DNA of 64,000 bases from an uncultured Rivularia sp. (GCA_963665115.1 OY762007.1:5600001-5664000), one strand, 5' to 3'. Positions 20,361 to 32,116 are shown, counted from the first letter of the stretch. The notes: generated by a model not told the origin, from the letters alone. Numbers and translations: made by a program.

Positions 20361-20553
20361 ATTCCTCTAAATACCGCATCGCTTCGTCATAAGTTAAGAA
20401 ATCCCACGGTTGCTGGGAATTCTTGCTTTCCTGTATTGCTTTTTTCATCTCAAAATCACAATGTAAACTGTAGACTGTCTCCCAAGTCGTTTTTAATTCA
20501 TTTTCGTTCAATTGCTCGATTAATCTATGAATTTTGTTTCGCAGATTTTCCAT
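20359..20553 (-). CDS. Small protein, putative antitoxin
   Basis: 64 aa with acidic end LTYDEAMRYLEE, upstream of the RelE-like gene. Confidence 0.6.
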   Translation of the reverse strand: MENLRNKIHRLIEQLNENELKTTWETVYSLHCDFEMKKAIQESKNSQQPWDFLTYDEAMRYLEE

Positions 20554-21006
20554 GATGCTTGTCTTGAGATAAAAAATTGGCAAGAAATAAAATCATTAAG
20601 AAAAATCAACAATTATTATTCTTCGTTTCTTTTAGCTTTCCCATTCAAGAAATGAGAGTTAACACTTATACCGTCATATTTTTTAGATACGGGTAATATA
20701 TTGATGATTTTATCAATCTAATCCTGGCTCCGATGAAACTTAGGAGGGGGAGTTAGGATACAGCTGTTCTTCAAGCAAGAGAGAGGTAATGGTTTGTATT
20801 TTACAAAAGTCAAAACCGTTGTATTGCTTTTAATATTGCATATCGTGGCGGATTCAAAACCTATAAAAAATCTCAACGCCGGAAAATACTGGCTTAATAG
20901 ATGATATTTGTATAAGTTCTAATCTTGTAGGAAACATATTCCTTAAGGTAGTATCCCTGAATAACAAAGTGTACTCAAAAAAATAGTTAATGGAGAATGA
21001 GATTAA

Positions 21007-22531
21007 ATGCGGAAGTCATTGTTAAAGCGTCGTTGGTTATTAACTTTATTATTATGTTTGATTCCTACCGCAGCTTTGGCTGCTGATGAAGCCGCTGGGG
21101 AACCTTTGATCAATTCGCTAGATGCTGCTTTTGCTGGATTTGCTAAAGGAGTATCTGATGTTCTCTTTTTCAGCATTGGCGGTTTTCCCCTCATTGTTTT
21201 ATGGTTAATTTTCGGGGCCGTTTTCTTTACCATCCGCATGTGGTTTGTCAATTTCCGGCTGTTTGGACACGCTATTGAAATTGTTCGCGGACAACATGAC
21301 GATCCGAATGCTCCAGGAGAAGTTTCTCATTTCCAAGCTTTGGCTACTGCTTTGTCTGCAACTGTCGGACTTGGTAATATTGCTGGGGTGGCGATCGCTA
21401 TTAGCGTAGGTGGCCCCCGGTGCAACTTTGTGGATGACTCTTGGTGGTTTACTGGGTATGTCCAGTAAGTTTGTTGAATGTACCCTGGGTCAAAAATATC
21501 GCATCATTAAGCCCGATGGTAGAGTTGCGGGCGGCCCAATGTATTATCTTTCTAGAGGATTGGCAGAAATTAATTTTTTAGGACAAATTAATTTAGCACC
21601 ATTTGGTAAAGTTTTAGCAATTCTCTTTTCTATTTGCACCGTCTTCGCTGCTTTTGGTGCTGCAAACATGATTCAAGTCAACCAATCCTATGGTGCAGTT
21701 AAAGAAATATTTCCAATATATCCTTGGGTTTACGGTTTAATTCTGGCTACTTTGGTAGGTTTGGTAATTATTGGCGGTATCCACCGTATCGGTCAAGTTG
21801 CAGGCACCATAGTACCAGTAATGTGCGTGCTTTATGTAGTTGCTGCATTATGGATTCTCTTAGTTAACTTTACTGCGATTCCCAGCGCTATTGGGACTAT
21901 TTTCCAACAAGCCTTTTCCCCTGAAGCTGTGGAAGGAGGAATTATCGGTGTAATTGTTCAAGGTTTTAGACGTTCCACCTTTTCCAACGAAGCCGGAGTT
22001 GGTTCGGCTGCCATTGCTCACTCCGCAGCAAGAACAGATCGCCCAATCAAAGAAGGCTTAGTCGGACTTTTGGAACCATTCATCGATACAGTAGTTATTT
22101 GTAATATGACTGCTTTGGTAATCGTAATTACTGGCGTTTATAATAATCCCGAATTTGAAGCAATAAGAAAAGCTGGCGAAGGTGCAACCTTAACTTCCAA
22201 AGCATTTGGTACCGTAATCGGATGGTTTCCCGTATTACTTTCAATCTCCGTATTTTTATTTGCTTTCTCCACCATGATTTCCTGGAGTTACTATGCAGAG
22301 AGAGCTTGGGAATATCTCTTCAGCGAGCGTAGTGTGATTGTATACAGAATATTATTTGTGCTTGCTACATTCATCGGTGCGATCGCCAAGCCACAATCGG
22401 TAATTGATTTCGGTGACGCTACCTTCTTTGCAATGGCTTTCTTCAACCTGTTAGGAATGTATTTCCTCAGCAACAAGGTGGCAAAAGATTTGAACGATTA
22501 CCAACGCTATCTCAAGCAACCAAAATTATAA
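21007..22531 (+). CDS. Alanine/glycine:cation symporter (AGCS family), +1 frameshift at 21414-21418
   Basis: ATVGLGNIAGVA, GGPMYY and FSNEAGVGSA motifs; removing one C restores GGPGA. Confidence 0.92.
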
Positions 22532-22563
22532 AACAACGACTTGCATTTATAACAAAAAACCTT

Positions 22564-22590
22564 GTAGAGACGTAGCACTGCTACGTCTCT
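22564..22590. repeat. GTAG-type REP palindrome (similar copy at 34371-34394)
   Basis: GTAGAGACGTAGCA-C-TGCTACGTCTCT. Confidence 0.75.
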
Positions 22591-22633
22591 CTTATTTAAT
22601 TGTTTAGTTTTTTCCGATCCCCATTCCCCATTA

Positions 22634-22996
22634 TCAACGTCTGCCAAGATCAACAAACGGCATATTATTTACATTCTCATATCTCAATTCTTCAATTTGA
22701 GCATCTTTATCGGATATTGCTTTTTTAATAGATGATAATTTCTTCTCTAACAACTCTACTTTACTTGCAGATTTGCTATATCCAATTACTGCAATACTTG
22801 CCACACCAAGAGTTAAACCTAATGCTACCCCCATTCGGGGAGAAACAATATCTCTAATTTCCCCGTAAAACAAGTTTTGATTATCTACTTGTACTTCTAT
22901 GCGTTCGGAACCGTATTCAGCTAAAAACGTGGCAAAGCCAACAAAAATCATCCCTGAAATTGCAACGGTTGGTAGTACTATTTTCTTAAACATCAT
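22634..22996 (-). CDS. Hypothetical two-TM protein with coiled-coil C-terminus
   Basis: 120-aa ORF with two hydrophobic segments. Confidence 0.65.
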   Translation of the reverse strand: MMFKKIVLPTVAISGMIFVGFATFLAEYGSERIEVQVDNQNLFYGEIRDIVSPRMGVALGLTLGVASIAVIGYSKSASKVELLEKKLSSIKKAISDKDAQIEELRYENVNNMPFVDLGRR

Positions 22997-23531
22997 CTTT
23001 ACCTGTAACTTAAATCGCTTATTAATAACAACTTAATAAGTATATGAATATATTTTCATGTAATTTTGATGAAATCCTCACTTGTATTTATATCGCTTTT
23101 ATAAAATCATCATTCCTTGACGATACAAATACCTAACCTTCACAAGTACTTGAGATTAATGCCGTAATAATTTTTATACAAACTTATACAAACTTAATAC
23201 AATAATTTATTGCTTTAGTTTAACAAGCGTCTAACTAGCTTCATCAAAACCAGGATTACTTTGGCGCTTGTTAATAACTAGTAGTCCATAAATATGGATG
23301 AAACCGCTCAGAAGTGATGAGCCAATATAAAATTATAAATCTTTTCCCAAATTTCTACTCCCAACTCCCACTAATTTTAGTTGTTCAAGTACAAAACTGA
23401 CTTATAAAGAAACGATTAAATAATTGAGAGAATGGGAGTCAGTAGTTAATGTACTTTGTCCCTTGTCTCCTAGCTATTTTAAAGTCTCCTTACAATGCAA
23501 GCCTGCATCAACTAAAGTGTATTTGCAAGAT

Positions 23532-24113
23532 TCAGCTTCTCCAATACATTCCATTCTCTTCCTGCATCAACCGACTATCTATCAATGCTTTTCGCAGAGT
23601 CTCAGAATCTGGATAATAACCTTTAAGAATTTCATCGAGCTTATCCTGCGGATATTCTGCTCCTAATTCAAATTTTTCGATTACCCACTTAAGAATCGTT
23701 AAGCGTTTCTTACTACTATTAGGAATTTCTCTAAGGTATTGCCCGGATTTAGAATTACGAAAATCTCCTTCTATGTAAGTATTCAATACTTTCGTTTCCC
23801 AAGATTGAAGATTAACATCATCAGCTAAAGAAGCGATTTTTTCTGGATAGAATGCTTCCTTACTCACATTTTGCAAAACACTTTTGTCTAATTGATAAAA
23901 ATGAGTATTGCCTTCAGGACGCATTCTTACCAACTCAAGCTGCTTTAACTTCGTTAAGTGATGAGATATTGTCGGTTCCTTTAATTCCAATAACACTGCT
24001 AATTCTTCTACACTGCACTCCTGATTCGCTAGAATACCAATTATTTTTAGCCTACTTTCATCTGCTAACGCTTTAAAAAAACGCAGCAGATTTTGCAATT
24101 TCTCATTTTTCAT
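23532..24113 (-). CDS. ArsR/SmtB family regulator with DUF2087-like C-terminal domain
   Basis: FFKALADESRLKI...PTISHHL; C-terminal KRLTIL...DSETLRKALID. Confidence 0.88.
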   Translation of the reverse strand: MKNEKLQNLLRFFKALADESRLKIIGILANQECSVEELAVLLELKEPTISHHLTKLKQLELVRMRPEGNTHFYQLDKSVLQNVSKEAFYPEKIASLADDVNLQSWETKVLNTYIEGDFRNSKSGQYLREIPNSSKKRLTILKWVIEKFELGAEYPQDKLDEILKGYYPDSETLRKALIDSRLMQEENGMYWRS

Positions 24114-24130
24114 TTTGTGGGATAATTTTT

Positions 24131-24146
24131 TTAGACACCTATCTAA
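24131..24146. promoter_or_regulatory. Putative ArsR-type operator TTAGA-N6-TCTAA (second copy at 24675-24690)
   Basis: Palindrome just upstream of the regulator start. Confidence 0.55.
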
Positions 24147-25102
24147 TTAGAGGCAAATAGAATTGAACTGCTGCTTAAAAGAAAGTAGCAAAAACAATGT
24201 TGTTAATTTACTTTTAACACAAAACAATTTTAGATTTGTTTGTGTAAAAAAAAAAGAAATTTCTCTGATTTTTTTACATTTAGCTGATTTTGATGAGAAA
24301 AAGCATTGTATAAAGAATATTCATAGAAAGCTGATTATAGTCAAGCCAATAATTCTAATAAGAGCAGAAAATCTGTTTTCTATACTTGAGAAAACTTGCT
24401 CTCTATAACATCGGTCAAATTAGAAGTTTGCCTTGATTGAAAGTCACTTCCTAAGATGTCGCGCAATTAATTATCCAATGACGATTAAATCGGCAACCTT
24501 AATAAGTACCTTAGCTATAAGAAATTTTAAATTTAGTTAGAAGTAATTAAAAAATACGTATTTAAAATCGGTTGGTAAGACCAAATATTATCGAGCAGCC
24601 CTACACGGTGAATTTTTAGCGGAACGCACAAATTGATTAAACATTGTTAACAATTTTGACATCTTTACTCTCACTTAGATATCCCTCTAAAAGGGTATTA
24701 AGTACTTTATAACTACTCCTTTAGGAATAAATTTTTCAAATTTGGTACTTATGTATATTAAACGGAAAAAGGTCATTTATGGCGTTTTAATATTTACAAG
24801 TACTTTTATTAAGATAACTATGCATTAATTAAGATTGTTTAACATTTATTAATAGTCTTAAAACGCTTATACAAAGCATATTTTCAGGTCTGAAACATAT
24901 TTTTATATCTAAAGTGTTAGGCTTTGTTGACAAATTTCTGTTTAACTTGTCATGAAAATAATATGTTATGGAAAATTAGAAACCAATTAACTAATCTATA
25001 AGAATATGCGAGCATACACTCTCGCTTCAATTGCACAGGAATTAGGGCACAAAAAAATATCCGCAGCTATAGAAGCTACGGCTTACCAAGCCCTTCGGGC
25101 TA

Positions 25103-25266
25103 AAGTAATGAGTAATAAGTAATGAGTAAAAGCCCTGATTGAAGTATAAAGCCTCTCCAATGCCGGTCTAAAGTGTAAAAACCTTGGACAATATTTGAAT
25201 CCTCTGACTTAGCCTTACTAGGTATTACTCATTACTCACTACTCACTACTCACTACTCATTACTCG
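25103..25266. repeat. STRR element with inverted arms (AGTAATG / CATTACT, CACTACT)
   Basis: Visible heptamer arrays around a unique spacer. Confidence 0.8.
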
Positions 25267-25350
25267 TGAAGTGTAGAGATTAAGCTATTTCTACGTAAGT
25301 CCGGTAACGTTCATATATGCGTCATAAATGGATCTGAAAATAGATCGAAC

Positions 25351-28345
25351 TTATTCAGGTACGGGTAGTTGCGGTTGTACTTCCGGAGTAAATACGGGGG
25401 TTGTAATTTCATCTGCATCGAAAATTTCCTCTAGAGCATCTTCTAAAGTGTTTCTCATGACAATTTCGTTATCGTAAGCAACAATCACCCTAACTAAAGT
25501 CGGTAAACTGTTTTCTTCTGCTTCTAGATATATGGGTTCGACATAAAGAAGCGATTGTTCGATAGGTATTACCAATAAATTTCCTTGAACTACTCTAGAA
25601 CCTTCACGATTCCATAAGGTGATTTGTTCGGAAATCTCTGGCTTTTGGTTAATCAAAGCTTCTATTTGTTGAATACCGTAAACCAATTCCTGTTTGGGGA
25701 ATTCGTAAAGCACTAATTTTCCATATTGTTGCCCATCTGAACGAGCTGCTAACCAAGCGATTAAGTTTCTTCGCTGGGTAGGAGTAAAAGGACGTAATAA
25801 AATAAATTCTTCTGATTGAGCAGTAGGCAATTTTGTAATTAGGTAGTAAGGATCTACCTGTTGCTGTTCGGTACCGTAAATTTCCGTAGGAATCTGCCAC
25901 AAATCTTCTCGGTTGTAGAACACCTGGGGATCTGTCATATGATAAGCCAGCAAGCGTTCCGACTGAACGCCGAAATAGTCTAATGGGTAGCGGATATGAC
26001 TGCGAAGAGTTACGGGTAAATCCGATAGAGGTTTGAACATGGATGGGAAAATTTTCCCTAATGTATCAATGATCGGATCTGTTGGATCGGCGATATAAAA
26101 GCTCACGTCACCGTTATAAGCATCAACAACAATTTTGACTGAGTTGCGAATGTAATTAAATTTATTTTCACCTGGATCGGAATAAGGATAGCGGTTGCTA
26201 GTTGTATAAGCGTCAATTATCCAATACAAATATGTTGGTTTATCGTCGATAGTTGTTCCTTTTCCATCGGCTGCAACTAAATAAGGATCGCGATCGAAAC
26301 GTAAAAAAGGAGCGATTGTTTTTATCCTTTCTTTTATATTGCGGCGGAAAATTACTTTAGTATCTGGGGTAAAGTTGCGGGTTAGCAACATCTGCCAATC
26401 TTTAAGATACTCGGCAAACATTAAGCGTCTAAAAGGTGAGCCGATGGGAATTCCACCTTGTCCATCGTAAACGTTAAATTCGTTTTCATTTCCGCTGGGA
26501 TAATCGAATTCTTGAGTTCTTGTCCCCGTCATTACATAGGTATTCGCGATTTCTCCAAAATAAATTCGCGGATTTGCAACGGGAATACTTGCTCGAATTT
26601 CTGGATTCGATATTGATAAAGAACCTTGATCTCCGGAATTTTCTACGCCAATATCTTTAATATAGTAATAAGGTAGTCCGCCAGGGGCAACTTGGTTTAC
26701 GGGGCTGAGGGTAAAACCATAGCCATGCGTATAAACTAAATGTTTGTTTACCCAAGTTTTTGCTGCATCGGGAACATCATTATAGTCAAGCTCTCTAGCT
26801 GCGATGATAGTTTGCTGTTTAAAAGAAGCATTCGATTTGAGACTGCGTTTGAGAGTATAACGGTCAATATCTGCATCTGGAAACTTATAATAGGGTCGAA
26901 TTTGCTGTAATTGACGGTTACTTTGTAAAAGCGGGACGTACATCCCACAAACGAATATTTCCCACAGTTAGGTCATTTTCTCGTAAGTCAGAAGCCGTAA
27001 GATTATTTTGAGGATTAAAAGTACTTGCATCGATACTGTCTAAATTAAATGCTTTGCGGGTAAGCTCGATTGTACGCTCTATATAAGGTCTTTCGCGGGT
27101 GATTTCATTGGGCTGTACGACTAATTTTTGCACCACTGTAGGTAGAAAACCTACAGCAACAGTTGCCATTACCAGGAAGAATGCCGATACATAAACTAAT
27201 TGACGCGGATAAGGAGAGCGTTTTATGCTTTCGTTTTTTCTTTTGTATAAATCTAAAGTTCGCACTAGTAAATAAGCTGCAATACCTATAGCTAAAAAAC
27301 TTAAGCTGGTATAAATAGGTAGCAATACTTTTACATCTGTATAGCTAGCACCGTAGTTTACTCCTAATACCGAATACAAAAGCTGATACCGTAACAGCCA
27401 ATAACGTAAAGCGATAGCCAACATTGTCAAGCAACCTAAAGCATCGAGATGAAGTCGCTGCTTTACGGTAAAACCGGGAAACTTTCCTTCACTCAAACTG
27501 TTAGCCGAACGTAAATAAGTCAACGCTACCGCAGCTATACCCAACCCAAATAATCCTAACAGCCAAAATTGTAATAGTTCCCAAATCGGTAACGAAAAAA
27601 CGTAAAAGCTAATATCGCGATTAAATAAAGGTTCCTTATTATCAAAGCTAGTAGCGCGGAAATATTCTAAGACATTTATCCAGCGTGCCGATATCAAGAA
27701 ACCTAAAAGCAAGCTTACAAATACTGCGATCGCCTTTAACCAAAATTCGTAGCTAACAAAAATTGCCGCAGTCACAGCCGTGAGTACAATTAGTTGCAAA
27801 ATCGAAACAACAAATTGCCGCAACCCGATTACATTCAAGATTAACTGCAACCAAAATGGAAATGGCAGCGCTTCGGAGGGTAATTTTATGTCGGGATACC
27901 AGACATTTAAAGTTTGCTGACTGTAAAAAAGTACTATGGTAGCTACTAAAACAGTCAATCCTAAAATCGTCGGTAAAAGCCAGCGCAACCTAAATCCATA
28001 ACGGTACCCAGGAGTTACTGGTTTATCGATAAAAGTAGGAGAAGGGAAAAAACTTCTTGCTTTTCCGCTTACCTGTTGATTTATGTAACCTGCTTTCGGG
28101 TGCTGAAACTTAAGCGCTATAGTCAAATTACCAAGCAAAAAACAGATGGAAGTAAAAAAGGCGATCGCCCACAACCCAAACTGTGTCACCAAGCGCAATA
28201 TAAACTCTGATAAATAGCCAACTTTATCAAACCAAAGAAATTCTGCTCCCAAACGAGAGACTAAATCAAAAATTAACCATAAACCCAACAAAATGGGAAT
28301 TATTCGATAATTTTTTTTAGAAAAAACATTAACTATTTGCATCAC
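25351..28345 (-). CDS. UPF0182 family membrane protein, +1 frameshift at 26933-26935
   Basis: [40 protein letters not shown] and NYIRNSVK motifs. Confidence 0.93.
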
Positions 28346-28587
28346 TCAAGGTTAATTTATTATTAATCACTATTGATCGGAATTTGTGGCTCATCGCTCT
28401 TGAGAATTACCACTTTTAACGGTTAAAACGATGAAAAGTTTCTTCATTAATTTCAAATAGTAATTAGACTCTATATTTTTGGAATTTTACACCATTTTTA
28501 TGAGTTTAATTACTCAAATTGAGTCAGGAATCAAGAAACTAGATACCGAAAATTTGTGTGGTTAGTAATTTGATGAGGAGTGAAAAA

Positions 28588-28794
28588 ATGCGTTCTAAAA
28601 TGGTTGCTTTGTTTTTAGTTCTGGGTTTAGCTGTAAGCGTTACTGCTTGTGGTGGTTCCGAGACAGAAACTGGTGAAGATTCCACACCATTAACCGAGGA
28701 AACTGTAGATACAGAAGCTGCTGAAACCGAATCAGGTCAAGATATCCCAGAAGAAATTCAAGAAACCGAAGCAACAGAAGAAAAAGCTAATTAA
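28588..28794 (+). CDS. Small acidic (Glu/Thr-rich) lipoprotein
   Basis: GAGGAG RBS, signal MRSKMVALFLVLGLAVSVTAC with lipobox, E/T-rich mature part. Confidence 0.8.
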   Translation: MRSKMVALFLVLGLAVSVTACGGSETETGEDSTPLTEETVDTEAAETESGQDIPEEIQETEATEEKAN

Positions 28795-28879
28795 CAATAA
28801 TTTAATTTCTTCTCATGCATGAGAATTTAGGTTAAATATCTGTGGAAGGCTTATACATTATTTATCTCATAGCTACAAT

Positions 28880-28934
28880 ATCCGGGCAAGAGAAACGATT
28901 GGCTGCTTAATCGTCTATTTTTTCTTACCTGGAT
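28880..28934 (+). terminator. 3' hairpin after lipoprotein 1
   Basis: ATCCGGGCAAGA...TCTTACCTGGAT with inner ACGATT/AATCGT. Confidence 0.55.
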
Positions 28935-29212
28935 TATTTCTATTCTGACTTTTTATTAATTACTGGAAAAGCAACTATATAAAAATTAATAACTATACAT
29001 TCTCCTCAATATATCAATTAACAATCAACAACGATTCGATATCATATATCATTAACCTGCGCCGTAAGAATATTACCGATTTAAGAGAATAGGGAGTAGT
29101 GAGTGCAAAATATAGATAAATATTCCCTATGGAAATTATCAATTAAAGCTTTGTATATAATAATCTTTCCTATTAAAACAAGTAGCTTAATTGAAATTCA
29201 ATAAATGTTTAT

Positions 29213-29231
29213 ATGAATAATTCTCAATAAA
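29213..29231. promoter_or_regulatory. Putative Fur box
   Basis: ATGAATAATTCTCAATAAA resembles the cyanobacterial FurA consensus and lies upstream of a piuC-like gene; weaker site at 29413-29429. Confidence 0.6.
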
Positions 29232-29552
29232 CTTCTACTTCTACTTAAAAATCATCCGCTCCATTGCACTATCTTAAAAGCGCTATCGAACAATAAAAAA
29301 CTCTTAATATAATATCATACAAACGTTTGAGCCAATATAGAAAGTAAAAATTTTTAACTATGCCAAAATATATTGTAGTTTAAACTTCTTGTTGCGATTA
29401 CCAATACAAGCTACAATTATTTGCAATTAGCTTCCGACTAAAGAAGCGTTACTTCTCGACTTCTCAATTCATATTGAGTAACCGTCGAGAAATGGGGTGC
29501 AAATTAGAAACAAGCAACCATTAAAGATTAATAAAGAGTGAGGAGTGTGAAA

Positions 29553-29775
29553 ATGCGTTCAAAAACAATTGCTTTATTTCTTGCATTAGGTATGGCAACC
29601 AGCATCACCGCTTGTGCCCAAGGTGAAGTCCCCCGAAGGTGGAGAAGAAGGTGGAGAAGGTAATCCCGACGTTGAAGAAATTACCCCTGCTGCACCTGGA
29701 GCTGAAGGTGGTGAAGGTGGAGAAGGTGGAGAAGGTGGAGAAGGTGGAGAAGGTGGTGAAGGTGGCGAAGGCTAA
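29553..29775 (+). CDS. Small lipoprotein with (EGG)7-EG tail, +1 frameshift at 29630-29634; absent from the ORF track
   Basis: GAGGAG RBS. Removing one C gives 73 aa: MRSKTIALFLALGMATSITACAQGEVPEGGEEGGEGNPDVEEITPAAPGA(EGG)7EG*. Confidence 0.8.
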
Positions 29776-29814
29776 ACTTCTATAACATCTACTTTTTTAT
29801 AGATTAACTTGCAA

Positions 29815-29860
29815 AGGGCAAGGTTAAGGTGAGAAAACCACCTGTATCTTGCCCTATTTT
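29815..29860 (+). terminator. 3' hairpin after lipoprotein 2
   Basis: AGGGCAAG...AGGTG-AGAAAAC-CACCT...CTTGCCCT followed by ATTTT. Confidence 0.6.
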
Positions 29861-29863
29861 AAT

Positions 29864-30013
29864 GGGGAGATGGTGAATCCACCCCCGTGCGGAGGTTCCC
29901 TCCGTTGAGGGGAGTGGTAAACCCGAAGGGGGGAGATGGGGAGACAAGGAGACAAGGGGAATTTGAACCTTTAACCTTTAACCTTTAACCTTTAACCTTT
30001 AACCTTTAACCTT
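29864..30013. repeat. Small dispersed repeat (CCGTGCGGAGGTTCCCTCCGTTG) nested in STRRs plus (TTAACCT)n
   Basis: Near-identical core at 46584-46620. Confidence 0.8.
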
Positions 30014-30018
30014 AAAAT

Positions 30019-30690
30019 ATGATTCTTACTATAGAAAATGTCCTAACTGCTGAAGAATTAGATGTAATTAGTTCAAAGCTTAAAGATGCAGAGTTTGTAG
30101 ACGGTAAGCTGACGGCGGGATGGTTTGCTAAAGAAGTTAAGAATAATACTCAACTATCTGGAAATGCTGAAGCTAGTCAGGAGTTGAGAACTATTGTAAT
30201 TAAAGCACTCAAACGTAATAGACTATTCCAAGCAGCAGTCAAACCAAAAATTATTCGTCCGATTCTTTTCAGTTGTTATCAAGCCGGTATGTACTACGGC
30301 TCTCATACTGATAACGCCATAATGGGTGGTGAAAAACCGATACGCTCTGATATTTCGTTCACCTTATTCCTTAATTCTCCTTCAAGTTACAAAGGAGGGG
30401 AATTAGTGATTGATACAAGTTTAGGAGAACAAGCTTTCAAATTAGAAGCAGGCTCAGCGATTGTATATCCTTCAACAAGCCTACATCGAGTTGAAACAGT
30501 AGAGACAGGTAAACGTTTAGCAGCAGTGAGTTGGGTACAAAGTTTCGTTCGCGAAGCATCCGAACGCGAAATTTTATTTGACTTAGATACAGCCAAGCAG
30601 ATGGTGTTTCAACAATATGGCAAAACGCCAGAATTTGACTTAATTAGCAAAACCTACGCTAATCTGCTGCGGAAATGGGCGGAAGTTTAG
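30019..30690 (+). CDS. piuC: PKHD-type Fe(II)/2-oxoglutarate hydroxylase (PiuC/YbiX family)
   Basis: FVDGKLTAG, VKNN, YGSHTDNA, RSDISFTLFL, YKGGEL, SLHRV, R...VSWVQS and NLLRKWAE. Confidence 0.9.
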   Translation: MILTIENVLTAEELDVISSKLKDAEFVDGKLTAGWFAKEVKNNTQLSGNAEASQELRTIVIKALKRNRLFQAAVKPKIIRPILFSCYQAGMYYGSHTDNAIMGGEKPIRSDISFTLFLNSPSSYKGGELVIDTSLGEQAFKLEAGSAIVYPSTSLHRVETVETGKRLAAVSWVQSFVREASEREILFDLDTAKQMVFQQYGKTPEFDLISKTYANLLRKWAEV

Positions 30691-30829
30691 ACAATTATCA
30701 ATTATCAATTATCAATTATCAGTAAACATATAATTTTTAACAGTGATTGAGCTTTTATTCTAGAAACTAAATAAAAATGCTCACTGTTAACTGTTCACTG
30801 TTGACTGCTCACTGTTAATTGTTAATTGA

Positions 30830-32116
30830 TTAACTGAATTGTTCTTCTGCATCTAAATTGAATAGTTTATGTAGAGTTTGCATACAGTGTCGTCTGGCTT
30901 CGACATCTTGCTGCGCTCTCAACTGCACCATTGGATCGTGTAATATTTTGTTTACAATTCCTCGCGTTAGGGCTTCAATTACTTCTTGATGTTTTTCGCC
31001 AAATTCGGAACCCAATCTGGATAACGCTTTCTCTAATTCTTGCTCGCGGATGGTTTCAATTTTGTTTCGCAAAGAACTAATAGTAGAAACTGTTTCCAGA
31101 CTGCGCCACCAAATATCAAAAGATTCTACTTCTTGTTCTAAAATCCCTTCTGCTTCTAGCGCCATTTGACGACGACTTTCTTGGTTTTGCGCGACTACTG
31201 CTTTCAAATCGTCTACATTAAATGCTTGTACGTTGTCTAGTTCGTTGACATCTGAATGAACGTTACGCGGTACGGAAATATCAAATAACATTAAAGCACG
31301 ACTAGGTTCTAGAACCATTTCTAATTTGCTGCGATCGAGTATTGGCTCTGTTGCAGAAGTACTTGTAAAGACTAAATCGCTTTCGTTAATTACTGGCATC
31401 ATTTCTGATAGCGGTTGAGTGCGGATAGTACAAGCACTAAATTTATTCGCTAATTCCTCAGCTCTTTTAACCGAACGATTTAAAATACAAATTTCCCCGG
31501 CACCTTTAGATATTAGATGCTTTACCAGCAAACGCGACATTTTCCCTGCGCCAACAACGGTAACTCGAACTGCGGCTAAATTTTGTACTTTAATCTGAGC
31601 TAATTCCACCGCAGCTGAACTGATGGAAACCGCACCAGTTCCAATACTGGTTTCGCTACGCACGCGCTTTCCGGCAGTGATTGCTTGTTTAAATAATTTA
31701 TTTAAAACCGTTTTAATACCTTTATATTGTTGACCGATTTTATGAGTATTCTTGATCTGAGCCAGAATTTGTCCTTCTCCAAGTACCAAGCTATCTAAAC
31801 CACTACTAACTCGCATTAAATGCATTACCGCATCTTGATGGAGCAGCATAAACAAGTGAGGTCTTAAAGAGGTTACAGGTAATTTACTGTGTTCCGAGAG
31901 AAACTGAATTACTTCTCGGATGCCTTGCTCGCTTTCTTGAGTCAGGATATAAATTTCCAACCGGTTACAAGTGCTAAGAATTGTAACTTCTTCAATACTG
32001 GGGTAGCTTAACAGGTGAGCGATCGCACCTTCAGTTTGTGGTTCGGGAATGCTGAGTTTTTCTCGAACTTCTACGCTCGCTGTTTTGTGGCTTAAGCCTA
32101 CGACTGCTATATGCAT
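30830..32116 (-). CDS. hemA: glutamyl-tRNA reductase
   Basis: [32 protein letters not shown] and DISVPR motifs. Confidence 0.98.
   Translation of the reverse strand: MHIAVVGLSHKTASVEVREKLSIPEPQTEGAIAHLLSYPSIEEVTILSTCNRLEIYILTQESEQGIREVIQFLSEHSKLPVTSLRPHLFMLLHQDAVMHLMRVSSGLDSLVLGEGQILAQIKNTHKIGQQYKGIKTVLNKLFKQAITAGKRVRSETSIGTGAVSISSAAVELAQIKVQNLAAVRVTVVGAGKMSRLLVKHLISKGAGEICILNRSVKRAEELANKFSACTIRTQPLSEMMPVINESDLVFTSTSATEPILDRSKLEMVLEPSRALMLFDISVPRNVHSDVNELDNVQAFNVDDLKAVVAQNQESRRQMALEAEGILEQEVESFDIWWRSLETVSTISSLRNKIETIREQELEKALSRLGSEFGEKHQEVIEALTRGIVNKILHDPMVQLRAQQDVEARRHCMQTLHKLFNLDAEEQFS

Noticed and set aside
20232..20555. 107-aa Pro/Ser-rich ORF
   Set aside because: Translation of CCCCTCTC repeats, antisense to the antitoxin-like gene
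20720..20900. Possible glycine riboswitch upstream of the alanine/glycine symporter
   Set aside because: A hairpin (ATCCTGGCTCC...GGAGTTAGGAT) exists, but the conserved GGAGA...CCGAAG...CTCTCAGG elements are not found in order
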